A stretch of 64,000 nt of DNA from Leucoraja ocellata (taxonomy: Eukaryota): the NCBI GenBank assembly GCA_036785375.1, contig JAWMAR010000352.1, forward strand, positions 2,356,001 through 2,420,000. Reading direction: 5' to 3'. Both the position numbers and the translations under genes were made by a program. The notes beneath the pieces are model-generated. The model made no database searches and had not been told where the DNA came from. It saw only the letters and a program-made list of their open reading frames with translations. Numbering within the stretch: the first letter of the stretch is position 1; every line of letters starts with the position of its first letter. Shown here in pieces: positions 25,101-37,100 of this stretch.

Positions 25101-28100
25101 AACCCGTGCCTGCCCTCTCCCCATATCCCTAAATTCCACTAGCCCCTAGAGCTCTATCTAACTCTCTCTTAAATCCATCCAGTAACTTGGCCTCCACTGC
25201 TCTATGTGGCAGGGAATTCCACAAATTCACAACTCTCTGGGTAAAAATGTTTTTTCTCACCTCAGTCCTAAATGGCTTCCCCTTTATTCTAAGACTATAG
25301 CCCCTGGTTCTGGACCCGCCCAACATTGGGAACATTTTTTGTGCATCTACCTTGTCCAGTCCTTTTATAATTTTACATGTTTTTATAAGATCTCCCCTCA
25401 ACCTTCTAAACTCCAGTGAATAAAAGCCTAGTCTTTTCAATTCCCTCAGCTGACAGGGAAGGATGCTGGGGTCTATCAGTGTGTGGCGGAGAATGAGCAT
25501 GGGACAGCAGAGAGGGATGTGACCCTCACTGTAGAATGTGTGTAGATACACACTGTCATGTCTATGTAAAGGCAGATGGTTTATTGGCCCATGAGAGATG
25601 CTGGAANNNNNNNNNNNNNNNNNNNNNNNNNNNNNNNNNNNNNNNNNNNNNNNNNNNNNNNNNNNNNNNNNNNNNNNNNNNNNNNNNNNNNNNNNNNNNN
25701 NNNNNNNNNNNNNNNNNNNNNNNNNNNNNNNNNNNNNNNNNNNNNNNNNAATCGCCACACACACGCTTTCTCTCTCTCTCTCTTTTTCTCTCTCACACAC
25801 ACACTCACTCACTCAAACACAAACAGACACACACACATTCTCAAGATCTTGGAGAAAACCAACGCAGGTCACGGGGCGAACGTGCAAAGTCCGTAGAGAA
25901 AGGCCTCGTCAGGATTGAACCCGAGTCTCTGGCGCTGTGAGTCAGGAGCTCTACTCACTGCGCCACCGTGCTGCCCACATCTACAGCCTTGTTTGTTCCC
26001 CACCTGTATGTAGCCTGTCTCACCTCTGCCTGACATTGTTGGATTATATTGGTCTTTCCACCCAGAAACCTTCAATGCCTCCCTCTATGTATCGTCACTC
26101 CTCACGTTGCTTAAACACAAAGTGCTGGAGCATCACAGTGGGGCAGGCAGTGTCTTTAGAGTCATAGAGTCTTACAGCATGGTCACAGGTCCTTTGGCCC
26201 AACTTGCCCACACCGGCCAACAAGCCCCATCTATACTCGTCCCACCTGCCCTACTTCGGCCCATATCCCTGCATACATGCCCTATCCATGTTACCTATCC
26301 AACTATTTTTTAAACGTTGCAATGGTCCCAGCTCGTTCCTTATAAAAGGACTGGACAAGCTAGATGCAGGAAAAATGTTCCCAATGTTGGGCGAGTCCAG
26401 AACCAGGGGCCACAGTCTTAGAATAAAGGGGAAGCCATTTAAGACTGAGGTGAGAAAAATCTTTTTCACCCAGAGAGTTGTGAATTTGTGGAATTTCCTG
26501 CCACAGAGAGCAGTGGAGGCCAAATCACCAGATGGATTTAAGAAACAGTTAGATAGAGTTCCAGGGGCTAGTGGAATCAAGGGATATGGGAAGAAGGCAG
26601 GCACGGGTTATTGATTGGGGACGATCAGCCATGATCACAATGGTTGGCGGTGCTGGTTCGAAGGGCCGAATGGCCTCCTCCTGCACCTATTTTCTATGTT
26701 TCAATGTTGCATACACTCACCACACTCTGCATGAAAACAAAGTTACCCCTCAGGATCCATTAAAGATAACTCAGCGAGCCTGTCTTGCTGAGTTATTCCA
26801 GTTTTTTGTGTCTACACAATAACAATAATGTCATCCATTGTGTACACATACTAGATAAGGCAATAACGTTTAGTGCAAGAAAAAAACAGTAAAGACCGAT
26901 CAAAGATTAATTTGGGACTGCTCTCTGGTTGTGGTAGGATGGTTCAGTTGCCGGATAACAGCTGGGAAGAAACTGTCCTTGAATCTGGAGCTATGCATTT
27001 TCACACTTCTGTACTTCTTGACCGATGGGAGAGGGGAGGAGAGGGAGTGGCTGGGGATCGACTCGTCCTTGATTATGCTACTGGCCTTTCCAAAGCAGCG
27101 TGAGGTGTAGATAGAGTCAACCGGCCAACATGCCCCATCTACACTAGTCCCACATGCCTCCGTTTCGCCCATGTCCCTCCAAACCAGTCCTATCCATGTA
27201 CCTGTACAACTGTTTCTTAAACAGTGGGATGGTCCAAGCCACAACTACCTCCCCCGGAAGCTCATTCCATACACCCACCACCCTTTATGTGGAAAAAAGT
27301 TAACCCTCAGGTTCCATTAAATCTTCTCCCCTCTCATCTTAAATCTATGTCCTCTGATCCTCGATTCCCCTACTCTGGGCAAGAGACTGTGCATCTACCT
27401 GATCAATGTTTCCAAATGATTTTGCACACCTCTATAAGATCACTCCTCATCCTCCTGCACTCCAAGGAGTCCCAGCCTGCCCCAACCGCCCTGTAGCTCA
27501 GGCCTTCAATCCTGGAGGACAAGGGTAGCTGACGTTTCAGGTGAGTTACATCTTTTATTCACTGTTGTCCTCTTGAGTTTCATTGCCTGTATAAATCGTT
27601 ATCACCTACCCCAGAGCCAACAATGGACCATTGTGGGCTCGATGTTTTACCTGATCATCGTTACTATTGCATATCTTTCATTTATTTGTGCCGTTTATAT
27701 CACTCGTTTCCAACTACCCGACTCTCAGTCCGAAAACGGGCCTGTCAGATTTTCACTTACTGTAACTGCAGGAAAAATGTTCCCGATGTTGGGGGAGTCC
27801 AGAACCAGGGGTCACAGTTTAAGAATAAGAGGTAGGCCATCTAGGATTGAGATGAGGACAAACTTTCTTCACCCAGAGAGTTGTGAATCTATGGAATTCT
27901 CTGCCACAGAAGGCAGTCGAGGCCAATTCACTGGATGTTTTCAAGTGAGAGTTAAATTTAGCTCTTGGGGCTAGCGAAATCAAGGGATATTGGGGAAAAA
28001 ACAGGAAACATAGAAACATAGAAACATAGAAATTAGGTGCAGGAGTAGGCCATTCGGCCCTTCGAGCCTGCACCGCCATTCAATATGATCATGGCTGATC

Positions 28101-31100
28101 ATCCAACTCAGTATCCCGTACCTGCCTTCTCTCCATACCCCCTGATCCCCTTAGCCACAAGGGCCACATCTAACTCCCTCTTAAATATAGCCAATGAACT
28201 GGCCTCAACTACCCTCTGTGGCAGAGAGTTCCAGAGATTCACCACTCTCTGCGTGAAAAAAGTTCCTCTCATCTCGGTTTTAAAGGATTTCCCCTTTATC
28301 CTTAAGCTGTGACCCCTTGTCCTGGACTTCCCCAACATCGGGAACAATCTTCCTGCATCTAGCCTGTCCAACCCCTTAAGAATTTTGTAAGTTTCTATAA
28401 GATCCCCTCTCAATCTTCTAAATTCTAGAGAGTATAAACCAAGTCTATCCAGTCTTTCTTCATAAGACAGTCCTGACATCCCAGGAATCAGTCTGGTGAA
28501 CCGTCTCTGCACTCCCTCTATGGCAATAATGTCCTTCCTCAGATTTGGAGACCAAAACTGTACGCAATACTCCAGGTGTGGTCTCACCAAGACCCTGTAC
28601 AACTGCAGTAGAACCTCTCTGCTCCTATACTCAAATCCTTTTGCAATGAAAGCTAACATACCATTCGCTTTCTTTACTGCCTGCTGCACCTGCATGCCTA
28701 CCGTCAATGACTGGTGTACCATGACACCCAGGTCTCGCTGCATCTCCCCCTTTCCCAATCGGCCACCATTTAGATAATAGTCTGCTTTCCTGTTTTTGCC
28801 ACCAAAATGGATAACCTCACATTTATCCACATTATACTGCATCTGCCAAACATTTGCCCACTCACCCAGCCTATCCAAGTCACCCTGCAGTCTCCTAGCA
28901 TCCTCCTCACAGCTAACACTGCCCCCCAGCTTAGTGTCATCCGCAAACTTGGAGATATTGCCTTCAATTCCCTCATCCAGATCATTAATATATATTGTAA
29001 ATAGCTGGGGTCCCAGTACTGAGCCTTGGGGTGCCCCACTAGTCACTGCCTGCCATTGTGAAAAGGACCCGTTTACTCCTACTCTTTGCTTCCTGTTTGC
29101 CAGCCAGTTCTCTATCCACATCAATATTGAACCCCCAATGCCTTGTGCTTTAAGTTTGTATACTAATTTCTTATGTGGGACCTTGTCGAAAGCCTTCTGG
29201 AAGTCCAGATACACCACATCCACTGGTTCTCCCCTATCCACGCTACTAGTTACATCCTCGAAAAATTCTATAAGATTCGTCAGACATGATTTACCTTTCG
29301 TAAATCCATGCTGACTTTGTCCAATGATTTCACCACTTTCCAAATGTGCTGCTATCCCATCTTTAATAACTGACTCTAGCAGGGTACTGATTTTAGATGA
29401 ACAGCCATGATCATATTGAGTGGCACTGATGGCTCGAAGGGCCGAATGGCCTATTCCTGCACCTATTTTCTATGTTTATTTGTAACTTGGTCATGCTTGA
29501 ATATATGGCAATAAAACTCGATCACTTGATTTTAAAGCATTCATGCATGGTGGAGGTATACTGTAGTCATAGAGTGATACAGTGTGAAAATAGGCCCTTC
29601 GACCCAATTTGCCCACACCCGCCAACATGTCCCAGCTACACTACCTGCTTTTGGTCCATATCCCTCCAAACCTGTCTTATCCATGTATCAGTCTAACTGT
29701 TTCTTCAATGTTGGGATAGTCCCTGCCTCAACTACCTCCTCTGGCAGCTTGTTCCATACACCCACCACCCTTTGTGGTGAAAAAGTTACCCCTCAGATTC
29801 ATATGAAATTTCATCCCTTTCACCTTAATTCTGTCCTCTGGTCCTCGATTCACCAACTCTGGGCAAGAGGGTGCATTGAAACGTATATTTCTAATGCATT
29901 TTCGATTTCTCAAAACTCTTTCTTTTAAAAAAAGTGATGTTCCCACAAACATATACCCCCTTTACTATTGTCATTGTTTGATGATTCTAAATGATAAGGG
30001 ATATGTCCCACCACTATTTGAGGTGGGGGTGGCCTGTATTATTATCTCCTAGTTTTTTGGAGATCTAGCAATAACAAAAATAATAATCACCTGCTCCTAT
30101 CTCTGATGTGGGCCCTATAATATCTTAAAAATACTTCAAACAAAAAACATTGAAATCATACTTCTACAAGGCACTAAAACATGATTTTAACGCACCAAAT
30201 TTCAAAAGGTCCCAACCGTGGGAGCACTTTCCTCCCACACAGTCGCTCAACTCCCTCGCCGATTAACCGCAAGGCCGGTGACCAGTGATCGCTCAGCCCC
30301 CCCACTTTCAAAAACGCTCCGTAGCCCCTGATAGAAACATAGAAAATAGGTGCAGGAGTACGCCATTCGGCCCTTCGAGCCTGCACCACCATTCAATATG
30401 ATCATGGCTGATCATCCAACTCAGTATCCCGTACCTGACTTCTCTCCATACCCCCTATTCCCCTTAGCCACAAGGGCAACATCTAAGTACCTCTTAAATA
30501 TAGCCAATGAACTGGCCTCAACTACTTTCTGTGGCAGAGAATTCCACAGATTCACCACTCTCTGTGTGAAAAATGTTTTTCTCATCTCAGTCCTAAAAGA
30601 CTTCCCCCTTATCCTTAAACTGGGAACCCTTGTTCTGGACTTCCCCAACATCGGGAACAATCTTCATGCACCTAGCCTGTCCAACCCCTTAAGAATTTTG
30701 TAAGTTTCAATAAGACCCCCCCCCCCCCCCTCAATCTTCTAAACTCCAGCGAGTACAAGCCGAGTCTATCCAGTCTTTCTTCAGATGAAAGTCCTGCCAT
30801 CCCAGGAATCAGTCTGGTGAACCTTCTCTGTACTCCGTCTATGGCAAGAATGTTTTTCCTCAGATTAGGAGACCAAAACTGTACGCAACACTCCAGGTGC
30901 GGTTTCACCAAGAGCCTGTCCAACTGCAGTAGAACTTCCCTGCTCCTATACTTAAATCCTTTTGCTATGAATGCCAACATACCATTCGCTTTCTTCACTG
31001 CCTGCTGTACCTGTATGCCTACTTTCAATGACTGGTGTACCATGACACCCAGGTCTCGTTGCATCTCCCCTTTCCCTAAACGACCACCATTCAGATAATA

Positions 31101-34100
31101 ATCTACTTTCCTGATTTTGCCACCAAAGTGGAGAACCTCACATTTTCCACATTATACTGCATCTGCCGTGCGTTTGCCCACACACTCAACCTATCCAAGT
31201 CACCTTGCAGCCTCCTAGCATCCTCCTCTCAGCTAACACTGCCCCCCAGCTTCATGTCATCCACAAACTTGGATATGTTGCATTCAATTCCCTTGTCCAA
31301 ATCATTAATATATATTGTAAATAGCTGGGTTCCCTGCACTGAGCCTTGCGGTACCCCACTAGTCACTGCCTGCCATTCTGAAAAGGACCCATTTATTCGT
31401 ACTCTTTGCTTCCTGTCTGCCAGCCAGTTCTCTATCCACTAACTACCCTCCAATCCTCAGGAACTACTCCAGAATTAAAGAGTTTTGAAAAATTATCACT
31501 AATGCATCCACTATTTATGTGGCTACTCCCTTAAGTACTCTGGGATGCAGCCGATCTGGCCCTGGGGATTTATCGGCCTTTCATCCATTCAATTTACCTA
31601 ACACCACTTCCCGGCTAACCTGGATTTCACTCAGTTCCATCTCATTTGACCACCGGGCCCCTGCTATTTCCGGCAGATTATTTACGTCTTCCTCAATGAA
31701 GACAGAACCAAAGTAGTTATTCAATTGGTCTGCCATGTTCTTGTTCCCCATGATCAAATCACCTGTTTCTGACATTTGCTTTGACTAATCTTTTTCTCTT
31801 CACATATCTATACAAACTTATGCAGTCAGTTTTTATGTTCCATAGAAACATAGAAATTAGGTGCAGGAGTAGGCCATTCGGCCCTTCGAGCCTGCACCGC
31901 CATTTAATATGATCATGGCTGATCATCCAACTCAGTATCCCGTACCTGCCTTTTCTCCATACCCTCTGATCCCCTTGGCCACAAGGGCCACATCTAACTC
32001 CCTCTTAAATATAGCCAATGAACTGGCCTCAACTACCCTCTGTGGCAGAGAGTTCCAGAGATTCACCACTCTCTGTGTGAAAAAAGTTCTCCTCATCTCG
32101 GTTTTAAAGGATTTCCCCCTTATCCTTAAGCTGTGACCCCTTGTCCTGGACTTCCCCAACATCGGAAACAATCTTCCTGCATCTAGCCTGTCCAACCCCT
32201 TAAGAATTTTGTAAGTTTCTATAAGATCCCCTCTCAATCTCCTAAACTCTAGAGAGTATAAACCAAGTCTATCCAGTCTTTCTTCATAAGACAGTCCTGA
32301 CATCCCAGGAATCAGTCTGGTGAACATTCTCTGCACTCCCTCTATGGCAATAATGTCCTTCCTCAGATTTGGAGACCAAAACTGCACGCAATAATCAAGG
32401 TGTGGTCTCACCAAGACCCTATACAACTGCAGTAGAACCTCCCTGCTCCTATACTCAAATCCTCTTGCTATGAAAGCCAACATGCCATTCGCTTTCTTTA
32501 CTGCCTGCTGCACCTGCATGCCTACCTTCAATGACTGGTGTACCATGACACCCAGGTCTCGCTGCATCTCCCCCTTTCCCAATCGGCCACCGTTTAGATA
32601 ATAATCTGCTTTCCCGTTTTTGCCACCAAAATGGATAACCTCACATTTATCCACATTAAACTGCATCTGCCAAACATTTGCCCACTCACCCAGCCTATCC
32701 AAGTCACCTTGCTGTCTCCTAGCATCCTCCTCACACCTAACACTGCCCCGCAGCTTAGTGTCATCCGCAAACTTGGAGATATTGCCTTCAATTCCCTCAT
32801 CCAGATCATTAATATATATTGTAAATAGCTGGGGTCCCAGTACTGAGCCTTGCGGTACCCCACTAGTCACTGCCTGCCATTGTGAAAAGGACCCGTTTAC
32901 TCCTACTCTTTGCTTCCTGTTTGCCAGCCAGTTCTCTATCCACATCAATACTGAACCTCCAATGCCATGTGCTTTAAGTTTGTATACTAATCTCTTATGT
33001 GGGACCTTGTCGAAAGCCTTCTGGAAGTCCAGATACACCACATCCACTGGTTCTCCCCTATCCACGCTACTAGTTACATCCTCGAAAAATTCTATAAGAT
33101 TCGTCAGACATGATTTACCTTTCGTAAATCCATGCTGACTTTGTCCAATGATTTCACCACTTTCTAAATGTGCTGCTATCCCATCTTTAATAACTGACTC
33201 TAGCAGTTTCCCCACTACCGATGTTAGGCTAACTGGTATGTAATTCCCCGTTTTCTCTCTCCCTCCCTTCTTAAAAAGTGGGGTTACGTTTGCTACCCGC
33301 CAATCCTCTGGAACTACTCCAGAATCTAAGGAGTTTTGAAAGATTATTACTAATGCATCCACTATTTCTGGAGCTACTTCCTTAAGTACTCTGGGATGCA
33401 GCCTATCTGGCCCTGGGGATTTATCGGCCTTTAATCCATTCAATTTACCCAACACCACTTCCCGACTAACCTGGATTTCATTCAATTCCTCCACCTCCTT
33501 TGACCCCCGGGCCCCTGCTATTTCCGGCAGATCATTTATGTCTTCCTTAGTGAAGACGGAACCAAAGTAGTTATTCAATTGGTCCGCCATATCCTGGTTC
33601 CCCATGATCAACTCACCTGTTTCTGACTGCAAGGGACCTACATTTGTTTTAACTAATCTCTTTCTTTTCACATATCTATAAAAACTTTTGCAGTCAGATT
33701 TTATGTTCACTGCCAGTTTTCTTTCATAATCCATTTTTCCTTTTCTAATTAAGCCCTTCGTCCTCCTCTGCTGGTCTCTGAATTTCTCCCAGTCCTCCGG
33801 TATGCTGCTTTTTCTGGCTAGTTTGTACGCATCATCCTTTGCTTTGATACTATCCCTGATTTCCCTTGTTATCCATGGATGCACTACCTTCCCTGATTTA
33901 TTCTTTTGCCAAACTGGGATGAACAATTTTTGTAGTTCATCCATGCAGTCTTTAAATGCCTTCCATTGCATATCCACCGTCAACCCTTTTAGAATTAATT
34001 GCCAGTCAATCTTGGCCAATTCACGTCTCATACCCTCAAAGTTACCTTTCTTTAAGTTCAAAACCATTGTTTCTGAATTAACAATGTCACTCTCCATCCT

Positions 34101-37100
34101 AATGAAGAACTCAACCATATTATGGTCACTCTTGCCCAAGGGGCCACGCACAACAAGACTACTAACTAACCCTTCCTCATTACTCAATACCCAGTCTAAA
34201 ATAGCCAGCTCTCTCGTTGGTTCCTCTACATGTTGGTTTAGATAACTATCCCGTATACATTCCAAGAAATCCTCTTCCTCAGCACCCCTGCCAGTTTGAT
34301 TCACCCAATCTATATGTAGATTGAAGTCACCCATTATAACTGCTTTGCCTTTGTCGCAAGCATTTCTAATTTCCTGTTTGATGCCATCCCCAACTTCACT
34401 ACTACTGTTAGGTGGCCTGTACACAACACCCACCAGCGTTTTCTGCCCCTTATTGTTTCGCAGCTCTACCCATACCGATTCCACATCCTCCAAACTAATG
34501 TCCTTCCTTTCCATTGCGTTAATCTCCTCTCTAACCAGCAACACTACCCCACCTCCTTTTCCTTTCTCTCTATCCCTCCTGAATATTGAATATCCCGGGA
34601 TGTTCAGCTCCCAGCCTTGGTCACCCTGGAGCCAAGTCTCCGTGATCCCAACTATATCATAATCATTAATGGCTATCTGCACGTTCAACTCATCCACCTT
34701 ATTACGAATACTCCTTGCATTGAGACACAAAGCCTTCAGGCTTGTTTTTACAACGCTCTTACCCCTTATACAATTATGTTGAAAAGTGGCCCTTTTTGAT
34801 TTTTGCCCTGGTTTTGTCTGCCTGCCACTTTTACTTTTCACCTTGCTACCTATTGCTTCTACCTTCATTTTACACCCCCCTGCCCCTCTGCTCTTGTACC
34901 CATCCCCCTGCCACATTAGTTTAAATCCTCCCCGACAGCAGTAGCAAACACCCCCCCAAGGACATTGGTTCCCTGCCAGTTTTCTTTCATAATCTATTTT
35001 CCCTTTCCTAAATAAGCCCTTTGTCCTCCTCTGCTGGACTCTGAATTTCTCCTAATCCTCTGGTAGGCTGCTTTTTCTGGCTAATTTGTATGCTTCATCT
35101 TTTGTTTTGATACTATCCCTGATTTGCCTTGTTATCCACGAATGTACTAACTTCCCTGATTTATTATTTTGCCAAACTGGGAAGAACAATTTTTGTAGTT
35201 CATCCATGCAGTCTTTAAATGCCTTCCATTAGCTATCCACCGTCAACCCTTTAAGAATTAATTGCCAATCTATCTTGGCCAATTCACGTCTCATACCCTC
35301 AAAGTTACCTTTCTTTAAGTTCAGAAACCTTGTTTCTGAACTAATTACATCACTCTCCATCCTAATGAAGAACTCAACCATATTATGGTCAATCTTGCCC
35401 TAGGGGCCACGCACAACAAGACTGTTAACTAAAGTGCCTGTCCCACGAGCATGCAACTGCATGCAGCGAGCGCGACCAAACCGGAAGCGGGGGCCGCGCG
35501 TAGTTCGAGTGATCCCGTACGAGTTGAGGTGAAGTTTGAGCAAAGTCCGCGGGATGGTCACGCTAGGCGTATGCTGTCAAGATGCTGCGTAGGGCGTCGA
35601 GACCCTGCGCATGCCCGTTGAGGTAGTGCGTACGGCCTCAATGGGACTTCGGGCCGGCAGGCCGTTGCCGCGCGGAATTTTTGAACTGTCAGTTTTTCGG
35701 AGCCCCGTGCGATGTTGGGACCTGCTCCGCACATCTCTATACGGCTCCGGCGATCGAAGTGGGACTGGCCCCGCGAGGCCGTACGGCTCAAGCGACCACG
35801 TTAGTTCGAGCTTGCCGCATGCAGTCGCATGCTCGTGGGACAGGCCCTTAACCCTTCATCATTACTCAATACCCTGTCAAGAATAGCCTGCTCTCTCATT
35901 GGTTCCTCTACATGGTCGTTTAGATAACTATCCCGCATACATTCCAAGAAATCCTCTTCCTCAGCACCCTGCCAATTTGATTCACCCAATCTATATGTAG
36001 ATTGAAGTCACCCATTATAACTGTTTTACCTTTGTTGCACGCATTTCTAAATTCCTGTTTGATGCCATCTCCAACTCCACTACTACTGTTGGGTGGCCTG
36101 TACACAACTCCCACTAGCGTTTTCTGCCCCTTAGTGTTTCACAGCTGTACCCATATCGATTCCACATCCTCCAAGCTAATGTCCTTCCTTTCTATTGTGT
36201 TAATCTCCTCGCTAACCAGCAATGCTACCCCACCTCCTTCTCGTTTCTGTCTATCCCTCCTGAATATTGAACATCCCTGGATGTTCAGCTCCCGGCCTTG
36301 GTCACCCTGGAGCCTTGTCCAACTATATCATATTCATTAATAACTATCTGCACATTCAACTCATCCACCTTATTAAGAATGCTCCTTGCATTGAGACATA
36401 AAGCCCGAAACTATGTTTCTATGTTTCTATGTTTCTATGAAACGTCGCCTATTTCCTTCGCTCCATAGATGCTGCTGCACCCGCTGAGTTTCTCCAGCAT
36501 TTTTGTGTACCTGAGACATAAAGCCTTCCGGCTTGTTTTTACAACACTCTTACCCCTCATACAATTATGTTGAAAAGTGGCCCTTTTTGATTTTTGCCCT
36601 GGATTTGTCTGCCTGCCACTTTTACTTTTCACCTTGCTAACTATTGCTTCTACTCTAGTTTTACACCCCTCTGTCTCTCTGCTCACACATTTAAGAAATC
36701 CACCAGCTCTTATTCTCTGTTTATTATATTTGTCTTCTTTCTCCCCTACATGTTGGGCCTGAGTGCTTCCCTGCTCTGCCTCCTGCCTCACACACTGTCT
36801 ACTAGCTTTCTCTATTTGAGTCCCTCCCCCCAACCGTTCTAGTTTAAAGTCTTCCCAGTAGCCTTTGCAAAATCTCCCCGCCAGGATATTGGTCCCCCTC
36901 GGGTTCAAGTGCAACCCGTCCTTTCCAAAAGAGGTCCCAATGATCCAGAAACTTGAATCCCTGCTCTCTGCACCAGTCCTTCAGCCACGCATTTATCCTC
37001 CACCTCACTCCATTCCTACTCTCACTGTCGCATGGCACAGGCAGTAATCCTGAGATTGTAACCTTTGCGGTCCTTCTCCTTAACTCTCCTCCAAACTCCC

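Noticed and set aside
29870-30330. Possible hAT element ending ...ccgtagcccctg
   Set aside because: Only one TIR-like end is visible, with no partner end or TSD.
28496-33138. Recurrent antisense ORFs ([10 protein letters not shown]..., [12 protein letters not shown]...)
   Set aside because: Shadow frames of CR1 ORF2, repeated only because the element is repeated.
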